Of a stretch of DNA of 64,000 nt, positions 26,426-39,375 are shown in pieces (within the stretch, counting starts at the first letter, position 1; each line of letters begins with the position of its first letter). The stretch covers positions 22,258,001-22,322,000 of the forward strand of contig NC_088859.1 of the NCBI RefSeq assembly GCF_963853765.1, in the 5' to 3' direction. Under the pieces are notes generated by a model. The model had not been told where the DNA came from, made no database searches, and saw only the letters and a program-made list of their open reading frames with translations. The stretch comes from Magallana gigas. Its lineage: Eukaryota. The position numbers and the translations under genes were made by a program.

Positions 26426-28629
26426 TCAGTTGTAATATCCAAGCTCTTTCAGTTTTGGATCTGCGTCTTCCCTTCTTAACACTGCATTAAAAAAAAAATT
26501 TCATTTAAAACTATAACGGTAATTTATTCAGAATTTCTTTATAAATGCTGTGGTCATCCCTTTATTAACATGTATCATAGATACTGGCTGGTGATCATAC
26601 ATTTAAGCAAAATCACCTATTTTGGTGATACATGCAGGTTTCATACCTTGGCAGGCATTGCAGAAAAAATACATAACACATTATGATCGTTATGTACATT
26701 TTTTTGGCAACATTTCCTACCTTCATAGCCCTCATTCTTCAAATTATTGAATAGATCATAACAAGTAAGTAAGATAACCATATTAAAGTACATTAGATAG
26801 AATAAATAGCAAATTCCTTCTATATGGGAATTTGAGTCTGACATAATTTTGCACAGTCTATCAATTTAATGCACAATGCAGCAAATTTAAAACAGTCCAT
26901 TATAATATACGGCCTGGCCTACATGTCCTGACAAACAGTTCTTTGCTTATGATGGTTATAGCAGTAGGTTCAATGAAAATCTGTTGCCATCTAATTAAGA
27001 TAGAAGTCTTACCTCTGTAGTGACCATGATAAGCTTTTTCTACAAAATTGATACGATCATGAAGCCTTAGCATTGGATAAAGTCCTCCCAATACTGTAAG
27101 GAATTAAGACGACCCTGATTAGTGATTACACTGCGTTTCATCATAAAGCATGTACAAGTTGTAATTATCAAGCTGCCTGTAAAGTTTGCTGACTCTCTTC
27201 ATTGAAAGGTCTTACTTTCGCTTTATTTTTTTAAAAAGTTTATTTTTTGGGAGTTGATTTTAATCAACTCTCCTAAGCAGATACTCTGCAAAACCGGAAC
27301 TGAAACAGTGTTTTGACCTAAGCACAAATCATCACCGCTGACAAGACTTAGCTCTTAAAAATAATCGATAAATTCGATGTAATGTATCAGAGCATTGTGT
27401 TTTAATGAAACTTATTTATAAATACCTTGAAAATAGTCAGATTTTAAAAAGTTTGAACAATTTCGATATTTTTTGCAGTCATATGTATTCCTACGCCAGA
27501 GTTCAATATAGTCTTGTTAAACCATCGGCTATCTCCGTAATTCTCCGACAAGCAGAGAGTCATTCTATATATAGAGGTCACGTCATCAAACTATTACGTG
27601 ACCTGGTGTACACATTCTCTTGCTTGTTGGATATTAATGGAGGGAGACAGCCGAGAATCTGGTTGAATGAGACTAAAGTGCATTATTGCTTGGATCCATA
27701 CAATTTTTGAAGTATTTTGATTACTGATACATATTATGATGGATTCAATTCTATTTTTAAATATAACACAATATGATTCATACGGGGTTTTTGAAGTTCT
27801 TGTCAGAAAAGTCTGAGAATTCATATTATAAAAATGCGAGTAATTCAAATACAGATTATAATCTACTTGACAAGCAAAATAACATATAGTTGATTTTAAA
27901 ATTAATAATAATCGATAAATCAACTCCCCTCAGTACTTCAGTACTTTGATTTAACAATGGGCCCAGGGGCCACATCGCTCACCTGAGCAACAATACCAAA
28001 TTGACAACTTTGATCTAAACAGCCTTTATTAATAAATCAAATATAAATATATACATACAATTTTGCAGATTCTTTTAGCCCACTTTTTATCATTTAGTCC
28101 CTCATTAAGAATGAAGAACTTTATTGGCAGGCCTCTCACACCTATTTTGGTACTGGGGTCAATGGATTGGGCAAAATGCGACGTTTTAATAGAAATTGGT
28201 AATTTTTTCCCTTGTTTTATGTACAGTCCTCTGAACAAAAAACTAGGGTAGATTGATAGGATTTTTAAACTGAGAACACGTGTGTAATAATGAGAAGGAA
28301 AAAGGTTATTCACAGTGAGTGATACAAGTTTGTTAATGAAGATGTAAAATTTCCCAAAAGGTTTCTGTGCAATTAATATATGTCAAATGGCAAAAAAAAA
28401 TGAAACAGTTTTTTTAAAGAATTTTTAACAAAAAGTTATCTTATTTGTATTAACATAAACTCTAATCTATTTTTGTATATATACCTTTTACAGATAAATG
28501 TATCTTGATTGTGTAAGCTTTATTAATGACAATATAACTTTTTTTTTTATAAAATCAGTCTCTGTACTTCTGTGCATTTTGGGTATTAGACCAACCCTTT
28601 GACCCACTTACTACCGTTTTGTAGAGGAT
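26426..28629 (-). CDS. Small unknown protein, 5'-partial (xPLQNGILGGLYPMLRLHDRINFVEKAYHGHYRVLRREDADPKLKELGYYN*)
   Basis: Phase-1 exons 28612-28629 (18-nt microexon, tentative), 27013-27093 and 26426-26481 with canonical splice sites; AATAAA about 45 nt after the stop. Confidence 0.55.
27190..27955 (+). mobile_element. Non-autonomous element (ends cagtacttcagtactttgatt) with nested TA-flanked palindromic MITE 27509-27675
   Basis: Reverse-complement copy at 58775-59460 with matching flanks around the nested palindrome. Confidence 0.7.
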
Positions 28630-30353
28630 CTGTTAGACAAACATTTTTATAATAATTTTAACACTTATTGCAGAATTATAAACTATTAACAGTTTATCAC
28701 CTAACTGTAATATCAGATTTAAAAGTAATAAACATCGTTTTTTTTTAATTACAATGTCTCTGTCTGAAGAAATTCTGGATAGTTACCGATCACAAGAAAC
28801 AGTTTACAATGCAGTAGTGTTGCACATGTTTCTCAGTGCTTTTATGACTGCTAAATATACATGATATATATTCAGAATAAGTATGATTTTCTTTTAACTT
28901 ACATTTTTTATTTTAGGCAATCTTAAATTGGGAAAAATACACTCAATTTTGGGAAAAAAGATGCCTTTTTCACGTTGGGAATGGGGCTGAATATTGACCC
29001 AAATCAAAGAGAATCGAGAGGCCTGATTGGCCAAATAATATTTGAAAAGATTTTTTAAAATGTCAATAAATGTTCATTATTTCCTAATAATGTATTTTTC
29101 GGGGCATATGTCGATGTGGGGCATAGGCCAAATTGCTAATTTTTAGACAAAATTCAAGAAAAATCCTTAGACTAACCTAATTGGGGGATAAGCCGATTTT
29201 CAATCAATGATTACTATAGTGAAAGTATGACCGCTGATTAAGAAAGTCACCGTATTAAGTATATACTTTCAGAATATCGATGTAGAAAGTCAAAAGAGTA
29301 ATTAAAGTTATTAAATTTGCTTTACATATATATTTCAAGCAATTTTTAAAAATTAATCTGTGTTTTGTGGCTGTTTGGTCTCTTCCGTATTCGTCGGTGT
29401 ATCGTTGTGTATCGTAATTTTACATAGTGAAAATTTAATTGCAACACCAAACTCCGTGGTTCTGTCTTGTAGAACTAAGTATAATATTTTACCAAAGCTT
29501 TTATATTTTATCAATACCTTATTGCTAAATCTCATTTAATCAAGTTATACTTTGAAAGCTACTTGTAAATACGGGGTATGGCGTCCATTAGCTCAACACG
29601 TGGTTTCATATTCAAATAGAGTTATCCCCCGTAATCGCTATGAATGAGAAAACGAAATACCAAACATTTGTGTTCTTTCCATTAATTAATTAAATAGTGA
29701 CTTGTCGTTATGCAGAGAAGTTGTAATGTTAAAAACACAGTTAATGCAATGAAGTGTAATGGTGTTCACTAGGCTACGTGCCCCCAGGCTGTGTTTTAGT
29801 CACGGGTTTCACACCTTTGTATATACACACGACACCAGAATACCGTTATTTCATCCAACAGAAAATTAATTGTAAAAACACATAGCATTTGATTTATTCT
29901 ACACCCAAGACCAGTGATTCCTACCAACGCAGACATGAAGAATTCACCAAAATTCCGTCATATTACCGGTACATTCTACTCGGTTTCGTTTTCTTTTTTA
30001 CTACACAATAATAGTTTCCAGGGTTCATACACGAACGTGGGAAAAAAATTCTTTTGATTTGGATTGTAAAGAAATATCTTGTACAGTACTGTACATTTTA
30101 TTACTCACGATGTCATTACAAAAATTATCAACGGGACAACTATCGAACAATAGTTCAAACGGATGAAAAAAAAACAACCCTCATAATAAATTGCTACAAC
30201 AGTACAACGGATAAAAACAGTGGATTTTATATTTTACTGTTAACTTTGAGTCTAAGAATAGCCAATCCTGGGGGATAGGCCGGGGCTCGCTCATTGGAGG
30301 AAAAAATACCGGCCTTTGCCCCGAAAAATACGGTAATCTCCCTTTTCAGCGGA

Positions 30354-30356
30354 GGT

Positions 30357-30388
<32 letters not shown>

Positions 30389-30566
30389 GACCCAGGGAAG
30401 CTTTGTGCCAAGTTTATTTGAAATTGGCTCATTGGTTCTGGAGAAGAGGATGAAATGGTAAATGATTGGTTGACAAAAACAACGCTAACACCAAGGACAA
30501 CAACAGACAATGGACATATTTTGATAAAAAAGCTCTCTTAAACCTTTGGTACAGGTGAGCTAAAAA
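30354..30566 (+). mobile_element. Helentron/HINE fragment with one Cg170-like satellite monomer and 3' end (aaagctc...caggtgagctaaaa)
   Basis: ggcccttcatttgaacaaacttgaatc...gccaagtttatttgaaattgg and the terminal hairpin, recognised as an oyster HINE motif. Confidence 0.65.
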
Positions 30567-31689
30567 GCTCATTTAAACATGAAATGTGTTTTATTCTGTA
30601 GAGAATTGTTAAACTTAAATTGTTTTTATTTTATGATCATTAAGCATGTAATTAAATACACCCAGGTACATATGTATCATTATGATAAAATTAGAAATAA
30701 GCATGGTTTACAAAATGGATGCATCAACACAATAAAAAAAACTAATAGAAAATGAAATACATTTTTTGTCTTCTTTTTTTTTTAAATACCTTGATAATTA
30801 TTTATAAATTTTATGCTCTAGTATTTTAGCATTACAATATATTTTAATATTTTGATCAATAATGAGAAGTTAAACTGGTTTATTATTAGTTGCATCTCCA
30901 GTACAATGTTTCAATGCAGAGTTCTATCCCGTTTAAAAATTGATTGTGATGTTAGATTTCACGTTGGCACAAAACTGTTGGTCAGATTTAATGACCAAAT
31001 ATTCAATATGTCAAATGGGGGCCCAGGTTCCAATTTTTCTCATCACCCAGGCATTGTCGTTAAAAGCGCAGTGCTTGTCAGCTCTTCTCGATGGTGAGCT
31101 GAGATTGCATGGTGGTAATTACTTGCTATTTTTTACACTTTCACAGTGAACAGAGTGTTAAATAAATGTAACAAAATATATAATGCATGCCAAAACCAGT
31201 AACGAGAATCATAACATTTTCTAAATTTATCATACTTCGAATTTTTCACATTTTGGATTTCTGCCTTCATATTTTATGAAGCTATATACATGCAAATAGT
31301 ACCTTGAACAAATGAATAACGATTAATAATTGCATTCTTAGAATATTCAAAATCAGTATACTTCATTCACTCATCTCAGTATCGATCAGCATGACATCAT
31401 GTCAATAATAATACAGATTCTAAAACTTATCTTAAACAGAAAACCACACATCATCTGGAGTTCTTTTGCCAGACTCTGAATTTATACAATGTAATAACGT
31501 GCTACTTACATAAAAAGGAGGCTGCCAACATGAATGTTACTCCGTTGTAGTAACTGGCGTTAAATTTCAATTCAGCTCGCCCTTTGAAAATTAATATTCA
31601 CAGTTAAAATGTAAAACACTCAAGAACACAATAAATACATTATTCATATTTATACTTACGGAACATCTCAACTACCTTATGTAGATAAT

Positions 31690-31835
31690 TTCATTACATG
31701 ATGATACTTTAACATTACATGCTTATATTTTTATATAACATGCTGACACTTTAACATTACATGCTGGTACTTCAACAATACATGCTGGTACTTCAACATT
31801 ACATGCTTATACTTCATTACATGATGGTACTTCAC
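31690..31835. repeat. About 21-bp minisatellite (ttcaacattacatgctggtac)
   Basis: Direct reading of repeated units. Confidence 0.75.
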
Positions 31836-32366
31836 TATGCGGTGGTTCTAAAAATAGGGAAACGACACCTTGGGGTTGAAATACACTAAAATTCCAAACT
31901 CCTGGATGCCTGTAAACTCTGGGCTGTTTCTCTGTTTCAGAGATTGATCAGATAGGACTAAGGTTCACTGAGATTAGTTTAGATCAAGATACTCAACAAA
32001 GTCTACTATTTGATGTGTTGTCTTTTATAAGGGTCATTAAAAAATGCCTGCTTGCTTGTGAGAGCATTGGTGCTTGTGATAAGCACATAAAATCAGGGTA
32101 CTAACAGTCCACGAGGGGATATTTGGTCTCAAAATGTGCATTCTTTTGGTGCTTTCACAGTGTGGACCACTTAAAATATTAACAGCACCTAAACAAAGAC
32201 TTCTGTCATTCAGGTTAGATTGGACTTGTGGGGATTGATGGGTTCTCCCTGGAGATCCACGCGTAGGAGTGGGTAATGTAAGCACTGATTTTTTCGACAG
32301 TACAGTTATTGCTAAAATCAGTTTCAACAGCACACATAATATCTGATATTTGACTTCATGTAAAAT

Positions 32367-33508
32367 ACTGTAAATGTATTACATTTTGCTGTGTATTCTT
32401 TTTAGCGTTTTTGGGGGAAAACGGTGTCTGCTAAATCAAGTACATTGCCAAATGTAAAATATATAAGTAGATTAATAGGTACATTCAGAAATGCGCTAAA
32501 TCAAATCCACGCTAACTTGTTAAAAATTCATATTCCACCAAATATCATACACGCTAAATACTGTAAAACGAGAAAATTTGGCACATACGTATTTTAGCGC
32601 AAACGCAAGTGCCAGTACATTAGCGCAATTATATTTTAGCGCATGCATGTTTTCTTTAAAAAAGAATTTTAAAAATGTTGTTGCTTGATAAACGATCACG
32701 CCCAAAATATAGTTCTGTGTTCACTCAAGCAGGTGAACACAACGACTTTGATTTCTATCTCGCATGCACGGTAAACTGTCATTGAGAACAATACACTTAC
32801 TTTTGTGTAAATCGTCAGTAGATAGATATGAAAGCCTCATTTATTGGCAATGATGTGTAATTTTTGTTGGTAAACAAATTTGAGCTATCGGACTTTGAAT
32901 TTAATGTGTCCACTTGGATAACACTAGAAGAGTCCCGAAACTAAAAGTGAAATCGAATGCTACATTTACCATGAGTTTCGATCACCATGAGAGAATCTTT
33001 TTCACAGTAATTTTACATTAAAAAACACAAAAAATAGGTATCGTCTTGTTATCTTTATATCCACTAATCAGAGATCAAAGAAATTATGATCAACATGTTT
33101 GTCAGCGTTAACGATCGCCACGCTTAATCACATTTTCACCTCGAGGCGCTAAATGAAAGTGGCATGGGGAGAAGCCCAATTTTCAAGGTGCTAATGAAAG
33201 ATATTAAAATGCAATTGAAACTGAATTAATTAATCCATGTTTGGGCACTTATACCCGATAACCCATACCGTTTTCCTGTGTAATTGTTTAAACAAACAGA
33301 ACTGACAGCATCTGATATTTAAATGAACACTTCTATATAGCCTTAAAAATGGACTGACGTTATTGTTTTGCAACTTGAAGAAATTTAATACATATGGAAA
33401 ATCGTTGGCGCACTACTAATTTTAGCGCTCAGAGGCAGTTGCGCCAAAGGCGCTAAAATTTGTAGTGCGCCATATTTTCTCGTTTTACAGTATAGTACGT
33501 TTACAGTA
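32367..33508. mobile_element. Nested TA-flanked TIR elements (inner tactgtaaaacgagaaaat 32570 / 33491; outer tactgtaaa 32367 / 33508)
   Basis: The inner TIR is an exact reverse complement over about 19 bp; the outer pair is short and less certain. Confidence 0.55.
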
Positions 33509-36028
33509 TTGCAATCTTGAGAACGAAATGCATAAATAATGTAATGTCGGAAAATACAATATGTTTGGGTGTAACGGTAATGTATTAAGGCATATGACAA
33601 CCACACATGCTGCTTATAAATAATATAGACGGAACAACTGCCCCCCCTCCCCCCAATTTTCTATTTACTTTCCAAGATTGAGGGGTAGGTCTGCCCCTTC
33701 CCCCCCCCCCCCCCCCCAATCATTATTTTTTATAGATGCTACATGCGTGCACTGGGATCTACTGGATGATTGCTCATGCTCTGATTCCCTTAAAGAAACA
33801 GTTAGGCACTGCTTCATGGCATAGAACCACCAAAATCAAGGGGCATAAATAAGCGCTATTTGAAGGTGCCTGCCGGCAGGATTAAAACAGACAACCTACG
33901 ACATAAAACGTACTTATGAATAAAATTGACATCAAATTTGAAGGCGCCTGAACAAGGACGCATATTGATAAGGGGACTGGGGGTCATTTGACACTAAGAG
34001 ATTTCGGCGCATGTTCCAACAAATATAATGAAGGTGTCAGTGCCTCCATTCCCTCTAGAATCCAGTTTCACCTGAGTGACGCAAGCCCTAGTTTTGGCAA
34101 CATAGATATTATTAATAATAAATCGGGTTCAAAGAGTGTCCATTTTTAGCCGGGCTCTGCTGAAAGCAGAGTCCTGGCTGTAGGCAGGCAAATTGCCAAT
34201 GTTACTATAAATAGCACAACTTCAAAAGTAAACAAAAAACCAAACATCGTCAAAGTAAAAGCTTCCGCTATACCAAATACTTACACAAAGAGCCATGTTT
34301 TGTCAAAAGTGTTGGCATTTTTTTTCTTTTTTTTTAATTTCGAGAGAATTGTCCATCTTTTTCATTTTTTTTATTAATAACGTGTTTTAAAAACAAGACT
34401 ATGCAATTTGGACACATACAATGGGCATGAATTTCCATGAACTACTTTGCTGCGCATTGAAGAAACGGGGATTGAATATATAACGCTTGTTGCAAAATTC
34501 AAGGCAGCAACTGTTAAACTTTTTTCTTCTAGACAGACATATTTTTGTATATAGCCGCTTACAAAATTTGGTCACTCTCTGACGCTTTGCAGACAGGCAT
34601 GATCGAGAGAGAGAGAGATTTTCAGTCTTAACTACAAAATATGCAAAAAGACACACCAAAAAAGCCCGGCTTTCAGTACTTCAGTACTTTGATTCTATAA
34701 GGAAATAAACATAAATGAAACTTGTTGAATTGTTGAGTAGTTTGAATTTAGTCCTATACTCTCTTCTTTGTAATATCCCTGAGTTTTACGAAATCACGAT
34801 CCTGCTGCCTATTGCTAATTTAGTACCAACGCATACTGAAATACAATCTTTTTTTGAAATATTAACATGTAATGTTAAAAAGACAGTACAGCGCATCTTA
34901 TTAAAAACCGACTAGAAAAAATTTTCTACACTCATAAAAGTATAAGCTTTCAAAAAAAAGTTCTCCATGAAATAAATCTAATTATTTCATTAAAATTGAT
35001 AATTATGTATAACCAATAAATATATACATCGCAACGTGTTACAATTTCAGCCTTCTATAAAATTATGTATGCGTATATACTATAAACAAAACACATGCTG
35101 GGCTCGCGAAGATTCTTTTTGACAGTTTTGTTAAAAGAAATATTATAAAATAACCAGAATTATTATTTTGTAAGCATGTATTTTGTGGTTTTATCACAGA
35201 AGTTGCTACAAACTATATTATATTTATAGTTTTTAAGTGAGGCTCCTTATTATTTGACCTTCAAGTATTTATGTCTGTTCATTTTAAATGAACTGAAATT
35301 GGTAAACCATTTATCATTAAATCATCAAGAAAGTGATGACTTGTTCCCATTAGAGAGTCCCTTTTACCTCGATAGTATTCCATGATGACTGTAGTCGGAC
35401 GAAGATCTTGTAGTTTTCAGCACGTGTCAATTACTGTCAATCAAAATCCACGTGGTACAAATGAACAATTTAAGATTAATCCAGTTTGTACGACCCTTAG
35501 ATGTCCGGAAGCTCATAATTACATTAATTAGGTATGAGAAAGGGATTTTTATGAACTTAAACTGTCAAAATCGACGTTATTTCTTATTTCCTAACAATAC
35601 AATGGGTAAATCTGAAATTAAACACAAATGTGTTTTCAGCTTTACTGTCCCTTTAAAGTATCAACATATAATGAAGACATATTAGCATATAATGAAGACG
35701 AATCAGCATATATAATAATGAAGAAGTATCAACATATAATGTTAAAATACATGTATCAGCATGTAATGATAAGGTATCATATAATAAATATAATGAAGAA
35801 GTATCAGCATATAATGTTGAAGAATCAGCATGTAATGTTAATGCATAAAGGGTTGTCTCTAAAAATTCATATATGGCCAGAAATTAGTCCTGACTTTTAC
35901 CCCTTTCTATTTGTAACCAGTAACATTGGTTACATCGGTAACAATGTTTAATTATGAATGATTTTCAAACTTTGATGTATCTGTGACAGGTTACAGTGGT
36001 TACTGGTAACATTGGTTACAAGACAGAG

Positions 36029-36132
36029 TTAGGTTTGGGTTAGGGTAAGGGTTAGGATTAGGGTTAGGGTTAGGATTAGGGTTAGTTTAAGGTTAGGGTT
36101 AGTTTAGGGTTAGGGTTAGGATTAGGGTTAGG
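36029..36132 (+). repeat. Interstitial (TTAGGG)n variant array, about 17 units
   Basis: gttagggttaggattagggttagggttagg... Confidence 0.9.
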
Positions 36133-36173
36133 TAACCATTGTAACCAATGTTACCAATGTAACCAATTTAAAA

Positions 36174-36540
36174 AAGACCCCCTGTAAATCATGAAAATGA
36201 CTGTCACCTCTGTTACCCTATGTCACAAAGAGAATATAGCTGTTACCATTGTAACCAAATAAAATAAGACCCTCTGCTAAACAGAAAAAGGCTTGTCACC
36301 TCTGTTACCTCTTGTCACCAATAGAATATAGCTGTAACCATTGTAACCATTGTAACACATAAAATAAGACCCCCTGCTTAACAGAAAAAGGCTCGTCACC
36401 TCTGTTACCTTTTGTCACCAATAGAATATAGCTGTAACCAATGTAACCACATAAAATAAGACCCCCTGCTAAACAGAAAAAGGCTCGTCTCCTCTGTTAC
36501 CTTTTGTCACCAATAGAATATAGCTGTAACCATTGTTACT
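36174..36540 (+). repeat. About 92-bp minisatellite, 4 units
   Basis: aagacc starts at 36174, 36266, 36366 and 36458. Confidence 0.85.
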
Positions 36541-37202
36541 GGATGAAATTAAACCATCCAGCGGAAAGAAAATAATCAGTTTTGTCATATATGTTACTTT
36601 TGTCACCAGAAAACAGTGCCTTGTTACTGGTTACAAATGAAATGGGGTAAAAGTCAGGACTAATTTCTGGCCATATCTATAAAAATTGAAGTAGACTGTA
36701 GAAGGAAGAAATAAAAAAGTAGAAGGGGGTCTGGGGGTCTAGCTTTTAACTACATTGTGTTAACCGTGATATAAATATGATATATAAATGCATATTATAC
36801 TATTAACACCTGTAATGAATTCACAAGTCCAAAAGAGCTACAATTGAGAAAATTCGAACTATTGTACTTTTCCTCGTTTTTCCAACTATTCTTATTTGTT
36901 TCGGTAAACAAAAAGTTTGAAGCTTACTTGCAGGTTTGAGATATGCTAAATAATTTCGCATTGTGAACTCGTATGGATTATTTGCAGGTCCATACTTCTT
37001 CGCTCCTCCCGTTTCCTTTGACATTGTTGATATTCAGACTATTCAGTGAATAATTCACTTTGCGGGATCGTGTAAACTGGGAACGGGACGTTTCGCCCCT
37101 ATTGACGTTTCGCCCTGAGACGTTTCGCTCCTAAAGACCTTTCGCGCTGAGACGTTTCGCACCTATATTATTTATTATATATATATTGCGATGTTTTCAG
37201 GC

Positions 37203-37233
<31 letters not shown>

Positions 37234-37686
37234 TTGACTTTATTGAAAACATATCTACAAATGATCATGTTTAATGTGGTACATTCACTGATAAGTTTAA
37301 TAATGTAAAAAGCGATTATCCTATCCACGTTCAAATATAATTATGTTTGTTTAGCAATCATTATTAAGTGTCTGAATCGGTTTTCTAATTAAGATATTAT
37401 AACTAATTTGGAGGCTCTCCATGTCAAGCTAAAGAGGAGAAATTAATTATGAGACGGGTGTTAATTATGAGAACTAGCGGCTACATATGCGAAGATCCCT
37501 TCTCCATTTTCATCATCATCAATTCAGTGTTGAAGTTGAAAGATTCATCTGAGAATGTCTGGTAAGTAATATAAATTTGTTATAAGTTATTGTTAAAGCA
37601 ATATGAGCTGTATTTTTTTATAATTTAATTTTGCTGCAAAAACCTGCTAGTTTGATAAGTCTGTGTTTATTCATTATTTTTTTCAG

Positions 37687-37942
37687 GGATCGCAGGATGA
37701 ACGTGAAGGCCCAAGGACTCTCTCTTCCTTTATATCACCTGATCCCCCTGCTGCTGAGGGAAGCAGAGTTGGTGAAGACAAGGATCGCCGCATGTGACCT
37801 GGAGAGGAACGTGAGGCAGATAGTGACCACCACCCAGAAGAAGATTGAAGATGCGGCAGCCAGGTACATGGAGGACATCATCACCGCGTCCCATTTCGTG
37901 AAGGTCTGCGGATCTATCTACGCTGGTGTGTTCGACGTTTGA
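37687..37942 (+). pseudogene. C-terminal remnant of a MULE transposase
   Basis: RRMNVKAQGLSLPLYHLIPLLLREAELV...KKIEDAAARYMEDIITASHFVKVCG resembles the post-catalytic tail of invertebrate MULE transposases (recognition); GC-rich coding composition; lies inside the TIRs. Confidence 0.7.
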
Positions 37943-38279
37943 GGTGTGATGTGATGTACTGTGATGTACTGTGATTCTGTGAAACATTGTGTTTGTGTTG
38001 AGATAACCTCCTTATTCATGTTTGTATACGATATTGATTATGTATGTGTTATGTATTCATGTTTGCAGTTTGCAGTTGAAAACAATGAAAATAAAAAGGA
38101 ATATTTATTTTGCCTAGTTTTGTTGTTTTATCCAGGTGTTATCTCTAAATCATTGTGAAGGAAATATTATTTCATTTATACAAAATATTATAATTTGAGT
38201 AAATATAATGAGTAAATATTAATATGAAATATATCATAATTCATCATATAAAAATTTATAACTATTTATATAATCCGAT

Positions 38280-38282
<3 letters not shown>

Positions 38283-38362
<80 letters not shown>
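38283..38362. repeat. (TA)n microsatellite inside the MULE
   Basis: Direct reading. Confidence 0.98.
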
Positions 38363-38368
<6 letters not shown>

Positions 38369-39375
38369 TAATTTGATTAGCCAAAGGTGTTAAGGTCAAG
38401 ATCTAGTAAATGATTCCAGACAGTCTTTTTGGTGCTAGAACTATTATGACGTCATAATTGATTTGATGAATTTTTTTCCCGTATTTTACGGCTTTTAAAG
38501 AATTGTGTGTAAAATAAAACAATATTTTGACATTCTATATTTAATCACGGGATAAGTAATTCCGGTACCTATATTCTATATGACATCATTTTAAAGAGGA
38601 GGTCAAGAGCTTGTATTGTATAATGCCGTTTTTGGAGAGACGGTAGGCATTCTAGATATATTTCATTGGTCAAAAATGGACAAAACTCCGAGATTTGTTA
38701 CTTTTATCCTTCATATTGCATAGAAAACGATTGTTTAAAACATGATTTTTCATTGTTTTTTTCCAAAAATTTAAGCCCCGGTACACCCTATCAAATAAAG
38801 AAATAAATATGAAGCATCATTAAAAGAATTTATATCCTGAATTTCATAAACCTGTAGGCACCTTACATTTACTAGATCTTGACCTTAACTTATTTGGAGG
38901 CTCTCAATGGTAGGTTAATATCAATTTACTGTTACCACATAATTAAAAGCCGCAAAACATCTAAATCAAGCAATCATAATTATGTGTCTCATCAAATTTC
39001 TAATTACCCTAAGGTGTTATAACTCATTATTTGGAGGCTCTCCATGCTGATATCAATTTACTGTTACCACATAATTAATAGGCGCGAACCATCTCGGGGC
39101 GAAACGTCTCAGCGCGAAAGGTCTTTAGGGGCGAACCGTCCCGCACTCGTGTAAACTTAGGGGACTGTATAATGACCTAAACTTCGGGACCAATAAAACA
39201 TGTAAATTAAGGATAGAAAACTAATGAGCGCCTTGTGAATTGAGGAGGGATAGCTTATGAGTGTCTTTTCTATTTAATCTGTTTTGTTTCACATCATACA
39301 TTTATTGGTTATGATTGTTTATAGGTATATCGAAATATTCCACGTACAAATTTCTAATAGCTTGAGACACCAAAG

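Larger units (their letters stand above)
35875..36672. mobile_element. 798-bp TIR element (GGCCAG...CTGGCC, AT-flanked) carrying a TTAGGG array and a ~92-bp minisatellite
   Basis: About 50-bp TIRs ggccagaaattagtcctgacttttacccc / ggggtaaaagtcaggactaatttctggcc, flanked by atat on both sides. Confidence 0.85.
37079..39146 (+). mobile_element. Mutator-like (MULE) internally deleted element
   Basis: TIRs with repeated gacgtttcgcc motifs (37084-37163 / 39082-39143); flanking 11-bp direct repeat tcgtgtaaact (37068-37078, 39147-39157); transposase remnant inside. Confidence 0.8.

Noticed and set aside
30852-32333. Several 70-100-aa ORFs and possible minus-strand exons
   Set aside because: Could not be joined into a phase-consistent model with a recognisable product.
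36029-36132. Chromosome end or fusion scar
   Set aside because: Short, single-orientation array enclosed by transposon TIRs.
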